From Phallusia mammillata (taxonomy: Eukaryota), in the NCBI GenBank assembly GCA_965637545.1, contig OZ281494.1, forward strand, positions 35,836,001-35,900,000: a stretch of 64,000 nt of DNA. The letters are read 5' to 3'. Made by a program: the position numbers and the translations under genes. Under the pieces are notes generated by a model. The model saw nothing but the letters and a program-made list of their open reading frames with translations. It was not told the DNA's origin and searched no databases. This document shows, one piece after another, positions 53,501 to 64,000 of this stretch (the stretch's first letter is position 1; every line of letters starts with the position of its first letter).

Positions 53501-54181
53501 CAAACCAATTGTTACGTTAAGAATGCAGCAAAAAATGTGTTTTTTAAGTTTGATTTGAGTGGACACGACTTAAAAATAGTTTATTCTGAAACACATTCCA
53601 GTATCTTGAGCACGAATCAAATTCATTGTTGGATAATTTTACTAAACTGTATCTTTCCAATTTACCTTCCTTTTTCTTATGACGTCACAAAACAAATGTG
53701 CAAATATTTCTGCTTATTTTTTGTGGCAAAAAACACAGAAAAAGCGAGGCACCAAATCAACGACAACCCGTATCCAATGGTAACAACAACAACAACACAA
53801 AAAAATAACCATGTCATAACAGTAATTAAAAACGAGTTAGTAAAGGTTTGTGTATTTTGTGAAACGAGTTAACAGTGACAATGACTATCAATGTTCAGTG
53901 ATAATTTATATTTATGTCAATAAAAGTAATCGGATTCTGCGTTTCTTGTTCATACGTTTTTCAGGTCATTAGAAATTTCAACATTTATAAACGTAATCAG
54001 TCTTTGTCTGTATTCTAAAAGCAACTTTACCAAACCAAATCTTGCAAAATTTTGTTCACAATTGTTACAGAACAATGCTCATTGCTGCATCAATTGTGAC
54101 GTCATTCCTCTAACAGAAGTGCAGTAAAGCGGAACTTGTTTGGGATGAACTTTTTCGAAACGTCTACTGCGCATGCGCGGG

Positions 54182-57100
54182 CTACTGCTGCTTTCTCTGG
54201 AGAAATAAACCGATGAATAAATCTTCTATAAACTGACAAGGTTCGAATAAGTGAAAAAACAGGACAAAATTATATTTATTTCAACAATATTTAAATGTTT
54301 TATTGGTAAAACGGCAAACCATAGAACCTAGTATTAGTGAAAAATCGTAACTTTGAACTCTTTGAAATCGTAAATGTAGTTGTAATTCTCTCAAATATCG
54401 TTTTGGTCAAAAATCGCCACTTTGAACTTACATAACAAACTTTTTCTCCATATTTGGTGTGGAATGTGACATTGCACTTGACCTTGTGGCCGCTTCTTTC
54501 GTCGAAACTCTGACACATGTTGAAGGGTGGGGAATAAAGATGGAGACTCACTGCTTTGTTGGTGTGAGAGCGGTTCTCGACCCGGTGAAGTCCGATCGAA
54601 TCTGGAACAAGCAAACTTCGAATGATAAACTGAGCTACACAGGTTCGGTGATGACGAACGTTAAATCCACATACACCGCTGCCCTACTGTGTATCTCGAC
54701 GTATCAAGCGGTAATGCTCATACTTTTACAGTAACCAAAAACCTAGAAATGCTTTCCACAGGGTGAATTAAAAGTAAGAACATTTTTGTTTCACCAACTA
54801 CGAACAGGTGTGTTCAGTTTTGTTACAAAGATATTGGTAAATATATTGTATTGTAATAAAAAAAAAAGTATAAAGACAACCTAAGTCAGGCATATTAAAG
54901 GCGTCATACCGAATCAGCCGGTCTCGCAAGCATTCCCATAAATGAAAAGGCACAGACTAGGAAAATCTATCCTGCGGTGGGATTCAAACCTGCGACGGGA
55001 ATCTTTCCGGGACTCGCGCTCTACCAACTGAGCTACACAGGCTCAGTGGAGACAACCTATTGAGCATTGTAAATAAACCGTTTGATTATCTGCGACTGGG
55101 ATCGTCTGTTTAAACGCGACGATTTCTGCATGAACACAGTCAAATCGTAACGGAGGTTTGTGTGCTTAAAACAATGACCAGAGTTTTAACAATAAGCGCA
55201 ATACCCAGTGTGTTACCGAATGATTGACTGACAGAGCAAATACATTTCTCCAACTACATCCAAAGACCGCAAGCTACATCCAATGACCACAAGGTACATC
55301 CCATGACCGCAAGACACCCACCGTTAATGTAAGCCACGTGATCCTTCTCATACGCTGTGACGTCAGTTACGTTCATCGGTCGCTTTTTCTTTTCACTCGG
55401 CCACGAATATTTGGTTTCGGTCAACGATCCGTCCATTATCTTCATGAAACAGTGTGAATCCGAGTGGTCGTGGATGGCGCTAGAGAGATACAACATGACG
55501 TCAAAAGTTGCGAATCAGCTATAATCGCTTATTAGTGGCGAGCTCATAGTGGTTTAGCTTGACCGACTATTTAGTGTGCAAGCTAAATAGATTTGAAATT
55601 TTGTGTAAAGCAGTGTTTCCCAAGGTATGGTTCTTTTTTTTATAACAAGGGTGCTTCTTAACTTTGCTTTGTATCGTTTTGTTTTTGTTTTTCATTGCAT
55701 TAAAACTGTAGCGTAACAATAATTTTCTGGCAATTTTGTTTGACGTGTAATCGGTTGATTTTGTTTGTGACCTTGTATTTCAGCGCACACCCTTATTGGG
55801 TCGCGAGAAACCACAAACAAATTTAAGGAATATTTGGGTCGCAACAGAAATACATTTGAAATTTTGTAAAAGTTTTTAAAAAAGTTCACATGTAAATATT
55901 TCACGTCTGGCTGCACACATGTACCACGTGACTTACCTTCCGTGTCCCTCCCCCCAACAGACGAGGATCAAATTGTATTTCCCGTTTCCTTCGTCGATCA
56001 GGTTTCGGGTGTATCTGGAAAAAAACAGTAAAAATCTGAAGTGAAAATGAAAAAAAAATGAAAATCTGAAGGTCAAATCTGTGTACAAGTGGTTTTCAAA
56101 CTGCATACCGGGGCCCTAAAGATTTTTAAATACGCCGCAAATAATCCGAGTGCTACTCTTATTTTTATGTGTTAGAACTCGTTGGTTTCCACACAAGTTA
56201 AAACTTTTAAGTTCGGTCTTGTTTGTTACTAAAAACATTTTCACCACCGCATTTAATTGCAAATCATCTTTTCAATGAGTTTTTGTTTTTAAGCGTGTCC
56301 CCAAAAAAACATTTGGTTTGTTGATTTGCAGTAATCTCACAAAATTTGAAAACCAGCTACAAACAAATTTGTTCATTTGATTGCAATTTTGTTTTTAGAT
56401 TTGTTTTACTGACACTGTTGCTTGAAATTAATGACAGTGCTATCACTAAGATATCAATATTTGATGCAAACACAGACCGAGTTGAACTTAAGTTTAAACT
56501 GAAAAACAAGTTCAAAGTCAATCATTGATTTTCGCCATGACACGAAGTAAACATTGGAAGGCAACCCACCTTCATAGTCGTGTTTGACGACAACGACCAC
56601 TAACATGAGATAGCGAGTTGTGATTGGTTGATACGAGGGTGTGGCTAATTACGGTTGACTAAATATGGGCGGGGCTGCTTGTGATTGGTTGAATTTTGGG
56701 GTGTCGGCCGCGTGTTGGTATTTCTTCGACCGCTAACCTCTTTTAGTGACGTCATAATACCGTGTCGACAACAAAGGGATTTAGTGTTGCGTATTAATTG
56801 CTGGTGATAAAAGAAAACCGCATTGTACATATTGTGGGCGATACCGTAAATGTAGCAAATTCTCCAAAATGAAAAGTTTAATTTTGTTCGCAATAACCTC
56901 CACGACTTTGTTTCAATAATTTGTCGTTTTTTCTTATTAGATTTGGATTGTTTTCACAAATTAAAGCAATAATGTCTGAAGCACGACGGGTTGAGGTTTA
57001 TCAACAAAGCAAAAAACTTGCATTTGCAGGCGAAGTAATTTTATGAGAAACTCAGATTTTCTACCTGTGTGTGTCAAATACAGCAGACTCCTTCCAGTCA

Positions 57101-57300
57101 TCCACTTTCGCCCGATACGAACTAAGGTATTCCTTCACCTCATCCACGTTAATGTTGTCTTCATCGAAAATCGCGCGAAGTCCTTTTGTGACGTCATCGA
57201 GGTTTCGGGGTCGCGGTAGAGACTTGGAGGGGGGCTTGAAAAAGGCGACAGGGGGTGCAATTACGTCACTAACCGTGGGGCCTTGTGTGTCGGTAGCCAT
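54182..57300 (-). CDS. CDO1: Cysteine dioxygenase type 1, upstream tandem paralogue (CDO-B), about 218 aa
   Basis: Exons 57065-57300, 55937-56014, 55322-55479, 54432-54601 and probable terminal 54182-54196 (RKQQ*) total 657 nt in frame. Motifs YTRNL, SAIHDH, SHCF, LHRV and LHLYSPPF are intact. Intron positions and phases match CDO-A. Confidence 0.94.
54900..55057 (-). mobile_element. Full-length tRNA-derived SINE (tRNA-Lys-like head)
   Basis: Minus strand: gcctgtg TAGCTCAGTTGGTAGAGC gcgagtc ccggaaa gattc ccgtc gcagg TTTGAATCCC ac cgcagga, followed by a non-tRNA tail shared with several truncated copies. Confidence 0.85.
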
Positions 57301-60095
57301 GGTAACAATGTCGTTTGATAAATTTACAAAAACTTTTCTGAAAAAAAAGGTAAAAAAATTTATCAATGAAAAACACTTAGGCTGATGGTAACTTCATTTT
57401 TTTCAAATGTTATTTTAATTCCCCATCCGCAAACACTTTATGCTATAAGCTCAAATCTTCAATCTAACCCTCACTAGCTTGTCTGCTACACAACCTGAAG
57501 CCTTTTGTTTCAATATCACAGCACAATGCCCCCCAACCTCTTCAGTGAGTGGCAACATAGTGTGGTGTTACAAAACAAACAATAGTTTGGATTCTGTTCA
57601 ACGAACCCCCGGGCAAAGACGAACAACGAAATGACCATCTTGCGTAACAGATAATTCCATTGCTTGCAACAAATTGTCGGCTGTTAACTGTATAATCAGC
57701 ATGTTACGTGCACAATTTTGTACGTTAAAAGCGGGTTAATCAACGAGCTTCGTGCATTCAATTATAACGCTTATGTAACATGCAAAACTATGAAAAAGTC
57801 AAGCAGTTTTGGCTGGTTTGCAGTGAAGCTGTCCATATTGCAGCAAAATATAACTACAAACAAAAATATAATGTATTCATTTTTCAAAATAAAAACTTCG
57901 CTCAACTTTTGTACGATTAAAAAGGTACCTCTGTTTTTAACGCTTTTCGCATGGACTAAACACAACTGACACTTGCTTACGCTCTACAAACCAGTAAGAA
58001 TGCCGATACAAAACGACTGTACCTGTCTACATGCAGTCTAATAATAGCTCTGTTTCAGTATATGCGACTGCCTGCCGTTTTAGCGGAAGTGACGCATACT
58101 TTAGTATGAGTTCAACCTTTTGCAATGCGTTCAACCAAATCGTTTTACTAGCCTGCTGTGACTGTGGCAATACATACATTATTACTTGTACATGAACAAT
58201 AAACTGAAATCCGACTGAAAAAGCGACGTTTTGTTACGGTGCACCATACAAGCTGAAACATAACGAAATTGCGCTATAGTTAAGCATAGATTCGTTAAAA
58301 ACAGCTTTTAAGCTGCAAAAGCGTCGGGTAACAATTTAATGAATAATAATATTTCAAGCTAAACGGCCCAGTTATTTAAGCTTACAAGAGCTCCAAAAAC
58401 TATTCCAGTTTGTTTGGCAGTGACTAAATTCCCTATCTCAACGTCCACTCCTAATGAAATCTGATCCAACCGAGACACAACATAAATACACACGTTGTCA
58501 AGCAGTTTTCAAATGTGACTTGAAAATCCCCATATGTCTTACGTCAACTCTCACTTAAGACGAATATTTTTGGACGACAAAAAACCTCAAGTGACAATTG
58601 AAACACAAAAGAGTGACGTAACGGCAATGGAATTGTCGCTTTAATCTTTTTCTTGCTCAGATTTTCTCCATAAAATCCACATTTTGTTTCATTAACCTTA
58701 TTGTGCTTTCAAAATGGTGGCAATAAAATGCAGGTTTTTACGTTTACGTCCTGCCTACTTTTGTATTGGTTACACATTTTCGTTTCACTTTTAACAAGAA
58801 CATGGCGACTGCTTCCTGCCATACAGCTGACTAGTATTACACCCGTTACTGAATTACACTAAAACTTGCTGACAGGTTTTGAAGCCACGGCATATGTTCG
58901 GTTGAACGGATTTGGATGGTTTGAACAGGTACAAAGCTAAAGCCAGCAGCACAATGGCCTATTGCACAGCAGTTTATAGAAAACCACTGGAGTGTAAACA
59001 CCCAGACTTAACCACGTGGCAGTTTAGCAGGTTAGCTAAGGTTGGTGGAACAATGTGATTAAAAAACTTGACATGCAATGGCGACATTCGCTTAACACAA
59101 CAACATGCAGTCTGACACATGCCTGTTGACTGATTGCAAAATAAACAACTGCATATGCTCTGCTGAATAGACTGTAGGCCCTTTTCCTTCTTGTGCATTA
59201 CATGGCACAAAACATATGCGATACTTTTTTCATCTGTACAACATTTTGTCGAATTTTCACCGTTACCAAGTAATTCGGGCCAGGATCGAATTGTTTCTGA
59301 CTCCCGCTTAGCTGCAACCGCACGCTCTCTGTTGCGTCATATAGAGCTCTATGACGTTTCGTCACGCCTCGAATCATTATTTCCATGAATTATAAATTGT
59401 TTCAGCAGACAAAAAAATGCTAAGAGTGTTGTGTGAAATATTGGTGCAACAAGCAATGTTACATGAAATGTAATATGAGATCTGTGTTTTATTCATATAA
59501 TACCCTATTAAAGTGTGGTACACGTACTGAAAATCTAACACAAATTTTGTTTCACCTTATTTATACGTAAACAGAAAATTACTTTTGATAATTAATCGAA
59601 GATTTAATAGTCCGGGAGTTGAACTTCTATACAGCAAACTAAACTGACAGAGCTAATTTAATAACTAAAGCAAACTTGAATGGCAGATTGCGAATGACCC
59701 AATGCCCTTAAAAGTACTGATTTAAAGCATATTTTGATATTTTTGGCTCGCGACCATCGATATTTTCGCAGTTTTGTACAAATCTTACTGTTTCAATGTT
59801 TTTATTGCTGACTTTGTAACAGGAAGCACAAGTACTGATGAACTCTGGTTGAAAAATACTTGATGGATGTCGCAATCAGTTGAAGATCACCACTTTACCA
59901 TTTTCCTTCGTAAACTGCTTTTCATTTGACCCTAAAACTTTTTGTGTATTTCCACAACAAACGTCCACGTTGTTTTACGATTTTCGCGGATAAATACAAA
60001 AACGCATACAGATATAAACCAGAAAATATACATTTTATATTTTTGCCCCAACTGGGCTGGCAGTATCAGGTCCGGGAAATACCCTACAAGTGACG

Positions 60096-63000
60096 TCACG
60101 TGGAAGATTTTGGGTTGGGAGATTTACTGAAGCGTGGCTTTTTCACGCCTGACTGCTTCTCAGCGTTTCGGATCGTTTCGCTCTGCCGCTCACACTTTAT
60201 CCGGAGCGCGTTTCTCTCCTGTAGATGTGGAATAATGGTCAATAATTTTTGTCTCGAATAACAAGTTGACTAAATCCGATTTAAAGAATTAGACAGATTT
60301 AGACAGACCAATACCAGTCTTTTGCAAAGCTGTTTTTGCCTAAGTTACGCTTCGCAAAAATTATGTGGTCCACTGTTTCATTAACATGCTCGAAGTTAAA
60401 TGTTTTTAGCCCTTCCCTTATTTGCTATGTGTCCGAAGTTATAACATAATGTCATTGTGTATTGCGTTTAGCAGTTGTGCGATGGTTTTACTCAATTACT
60501 TCGAAACCGCGTTCTTAAACCCTATTTTACACCCAAATAATGTCCACCTTTGATGGGGTTCGAACCCACAATGTTTCGACCCAGTAGTGGTCAACTTACA
60601 TTAGTGATATCAATCAGATCTCCCTTTAGTTTCTGCAGATAGTGGATTTTCTGCAGATGGTTCGTGTGTCCGGCCAACTTCGCGTTTTCATTCGATAAAA
60701 GCTGGAACTCCTGAAATAAAACACGAATATTTAGAGTGATTGGTTCAAGGGACATATGGAGTGTAGCAGTATATGGGCGAAACACGAAGAAAATCGTCAA
60801 ACTGATTTCTTTTTCGAAAAACATACCTTTTCTTGCGACCGGCTTATATATAGGTCCAAACATATACTTCTTTGTAAACGGTGACTAAAAGCGTATTGAG
60901 GCTCATTTTTTTAACTGGTATCAATTGAAAAGCAGTTGTCGATATTTTACCCTCTAACCCAGCGGGGGGTGCACGCACCCCCAAGGGGTACGAAAACTGT
61001 TCCTAGGGGGTGCGGGGATGCTGTATAAAAATTAAATTGCAATGGTTTTGTTGTTTAAGCAGTTGCAGAAGAGGTTGCAAAAATTGGTTGGTGATTTAAA
61101 AAGGGTGTAGCAAGGAAAAAGGTTAAGAACCACTGCTCTAACCGAAATTCCAGGGCTTCAGAGAATCGGACTCTATAGTTACTGGGCGTTAGAGTCGGCA
61201 TGTATGTCTACTATAAATCATTATTTTACCTTTTGACTCCACAACCCTGGTACACAACACGACGGAATACTCGGCTTAAATGAGTAATGTTTTTTTTCGA
61301 CAAACTTGTTCCTTGGATTGTAATTCCATCATCTCACCTGTTCCGCTGATTTCCTTAATTCATTTTCCTCTTGTAATTCCGACTTTAGGCGTTCGACTTC
61401 ATCGGACAATTGTTTTGTTCTGAGAAACAAAAATGTAACCACGGTTGAAAAGGCCACATACACTTCAATCGAACACACGTGACATGCTCCAACATTTTTT
61501 GTTTTGAATGTTATTCAATTTTGAGCCATCAACATCACAAACGTTGATGGGACTGGTCGTTAATCAGACTAATAAATCTAATCAAAAACTGCAAATGTTC
61601 TGTTTGGTCGAACACCAAGTATCATACCGAATCAGCCGGCGGTTTCTCCACTGAGCCTGCATAGCTCAGTTGGTAGAGCGAGAGTCCCGGAAAGACTCCT
61701 GTCGTGGGTTCGAATCCCACCGCATGATAGATTTTTCTAGTCAACGCCTTTGCCATATGTGTGGTGAATGCTTGGTGACCGGTTAATTCGGTAAAGAAAC
61801 CATAGTATAGGATGATAAACCTACCTGTGTACTTCTTCTTGTAGTTTGATGTGATTTTCGTGCTGGGTCAATTTTTGTTTCGCTTCATCCAATTCCAACT
61901 CGAGTTTTCTACGCTGTTCCGCTTCACTGCGCGTCACGCACGATAGCCTTTCTTCCCACGCCCGCTCAAGTTCCGACTTCTCGGTCACGTGATCATCATG
62001 TCTGGTTGTGATTGGTCAATGAAAGTTTTTAAACATTTCGGACACACACTTTAAAGTCATAACTCTTGAATTGAAATAAGTTAATGGGTTGTTTATCAGG
62101 GATTACTGTTATTAGGCCCTGAACTTTCCGGTTAGGCCTTGTAGCTCTAAACACGCTGCTTTCATGGCAAGGCGTGCGGTAAAAATCTGACCTGCGGTGG
62201 GATTCGAAACGACAGCAGTCGTTTAAGAAACCATTGAGCAAATGACAACTTCTTAAACTTTGTTCTATATTCACTTTCGCCATGTTTTTGGCAACTTGTT
62301 TTATCAAAGGTATTGTCATTTTCAATAACTTGGCACTTCAGAGAGAAATTACACTGAACAATATTTCGTGTTTTTGGTGGTAAACCATCCGCGAAAACAG
62401 TGACTAAATAATCCCGGTATATGTTGGTGAACACATAACCCACACTCACATCTGAGCTTTATCAGCTGCAACCTGAACAGCGAAACTCGTGTGATCGCGC
62501 TGAAGTTGTTCGGCGAACTGCTCCTTCGATTGAAGCTGGATCTGCAGGGAAGGTGGAAAAAGAAAGAAGAATTTAAAGTTCATTAAGTATAAGAAAACAT
62601 TTTTAAATATATGTCCATTAAAGCCCAAATGGTCAAGTTATTTAATTTCCAGTTTTTTTAAATTATGTTTAAAATTATTGAAATCGAGAAACCTCCACCC
62701 CAAAACCGAGAGTGTTTCGTCACAATCAGGTAATTGTGCATCTGATGTCATCAGTAGGTTCTTTATGACATCATAGTTCAATGTTACTTTATTTCATTAT
62801 CTGTTTAAAATAAATTTTAAATAATTTAAACCTCCAAACCCCGAAGTTTTCAGCAGCTTTTATGCAGCAAAATGCCAACACATTTTGATTTATATCTAAC
62901 CTAATGGCAAAGATTAGAGACGACATGTCAAAACAACAAGATAGTCAATTCAGCTTGTGTACGAAACAGTAAAGTTAGGCTCAGATGAACAAAACAGCAC

Positions 63001-63904
63001 ATTCATTTAAACCAGTGGTTCTCAAACTTCTTTTTGTTGCGACGCCTCTGGAAAAGTTTTCTGGACTTGCGACGCACCAGCAAATAAAAGTTAATGAGGA
63101 AACTGATTACTAAAGTTGTGTTTATTGATACAACAACAAAAAGCCACGAAACGGAACTATTCTGCGACGCCCGTGGAAAATTGAAACGACGCACCAGGGC
63201 GTCGCGACGCACAGTTTGAGAACTACTGATTTAAACAATTACAACTAGCCTGGCCGGGATTTCAACCCAGAACCTCAAACTTAAGCAACAAGTGAAACAA
63301 ACCTCTAACTGCGCGATTCTCTCCCTCCCTCCTTGGAGCTGCTCCTCTTCTATCTTTTTTATCTTCTCATCCCGCTCATGGAGCTCACTTTCGAGTTTAG
63401 CGTAATGGTCAGTGAGACCGGTCAAGTCGTCCTGGAGATTGTCAACCTGAATATCAAGGACAAAAATGTGAGCAAGTGAAATTATCATTTCAATTACATA
63501 TAAAGCGGATGAGTGATGAGGCAAAATTAACACATGAGAATATTTAGATGAATTAGTGAGCTTGAGTTGTAAATAGGACCGAAAGGTTTTGTGATTAAGC
63601 TTGAACAAAACTTGATTCGGGCCTAACTTAACAATTGGCATCATTTGTGTCGTAGTTTCAATATGAAATATCGTTTGGGCTAATTCAGGCTTTAGAACTA
63701 TATTTTTAGGACTTTATTTGAAATATCGGGGCAGGCTAGTCTTCTGTTACTAATTATTATCAATTTTATACAGGACTGATGCGTTTCATTAACTTCTTAT
63801 CCAACCTCAAACTGATATTTCGACTTGGTTTGTTCAAACTCATCCCGCAACGAAACCAGTTCATCAACATATTTCGACTTCTGTGATTCGTATTTCTCAA
63901 TTTC
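60096..63904 (-). CDS. C-terminal exons of a coiled-coil protein with HMMR/KIF15-type C-terminal basic leucine-zipper motif (HMMR/RHAMM-like favoured); 5'-incomplete
   Basis: Exons 63806-63904, 63303-63446, 62450-62541, 61825-62001, 61338-61419, 60600-60710 and 60096-60218 splice in phase into E/K/Q/L-rich heptads ending ENAKLAGHTNHLQKIHYLQKLKGDLIDITNERNALRIKCERQSETIRNAEKQSGVKKPRFSKSP...*. This resembles the LLGHQN.KQKI..VVKLK motif shared by HMMR and KIF15; the trailing QSET..GVK..F looks closer to HMMR. Orthology needs a search. Confidence 0.75.
60960..61135. mobile_element. hAT MITE with eroded left TIR
   Basis: Right TIR GGTTAAGAACCACTG; perfect 8-bp TSD CTCTAACC (60952-60959, 61136-61143). 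Confidence 0.8.
61641..61795 (+). mobile_element. Full-length tRNA-derived SINE, same family as 54900-55057
   Basis: A box TAGCTCAGTTGGTAGAGC, stem GAGTC-CCGGAAA-GACTC, B box GGTTCGAATCCC, same tail. Confidence 0.85.
63013..63228. mobile_element. hAT MITE, 216 bp
   Basis: TIR CAGTGGTTCTCAAACT / AGTTTGAGAACTACTG; perfect 8-bp TSD ATTTAAAC. Confidence 0.93.
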
Positions 63905-64000
63905 CTGCAAAAATGAAAATAGTGGATTTTATTTCAACGCATCACATCAGTCATTCTTAACTGTGTGATGAAAAGATTTATAAATAGGTTACAGACGGTT

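Noticed and set aside
53372-53872. 166-aa plus-strand ORF
   Set aside because: GTG start, AT-rich intergenic composition, no motif or splice support.
54125-54181. SECIS or structured element after the CDO-B stop (GCAGTA/TACTGC stem, TGCGCATGCGC)
   Set aside because: The stop is UAG and there is no AUGA/GA quartet; a single short stem is not enough.
59829-59862. Hammerhead (CAAGTA CTGATGA ... GAAA .. TACTTG)
   Set aside because: Stem I pairs, but stem II does not close and there is no stem III or UH site in register.
44531-60096. Operon of HMMR-like, CDO-B, CDO-A and TRRAP (all on minus)
   Set aside because: Intergenic gaps of about 2.4-3.6 kb contain their own promoter-like motifs; tunicate operons typically have little or no spacer.
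61655-61727. Functional tRNA gene
   Set aside because: The acceptor stem is poorly paired, U33 is missing, and the head shares a non-tRNA tail with other dispersed copies. It is a SINE.

Overview
AT-rich, intron-dense animal genomic DNA, not prokaryotic. My best guess is an ascidian/tunicate, inferred from genome style only. Four protein-coding genes lie on the minus strand. (1) TRRAP, 44531 to beyond position 1: I traced 71 coding exons by hand with consistent splice phases, and the 3' end of the PIKK-like domain lies outside the window. (2, 3) Two tandem cysteine dioxygenase (CDO1) paralogues, both with all catalytic residues. (4) The last 7 coding exons of an HMMR/KIF15-type coiled-coil gene. 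Introns carry hAT MITEs with 8-bp TSDs, a tRNA-derived SINE family, other repeat pairs, an interstitial telomeric tract and exon-flanking arrays of 8-bp palindromes. Most entries in the ORF track are exon/intron read-throughs or noise. Main leads: a three-copy repeat family whose consensus is a complete type I hammerhead ribozyme, plus two minimal Penelope-type hammerheads, one next to (CCCTAA)5; tRNA-SINE bodies that begin right at splice donors in six introns; a 20-bp-period TCACGTGA array abutting a TRRAP donor; and exon-restricted homogenisation between otherwise old CDO paralogues. All alignments, counts and RNA folds were done by eye.
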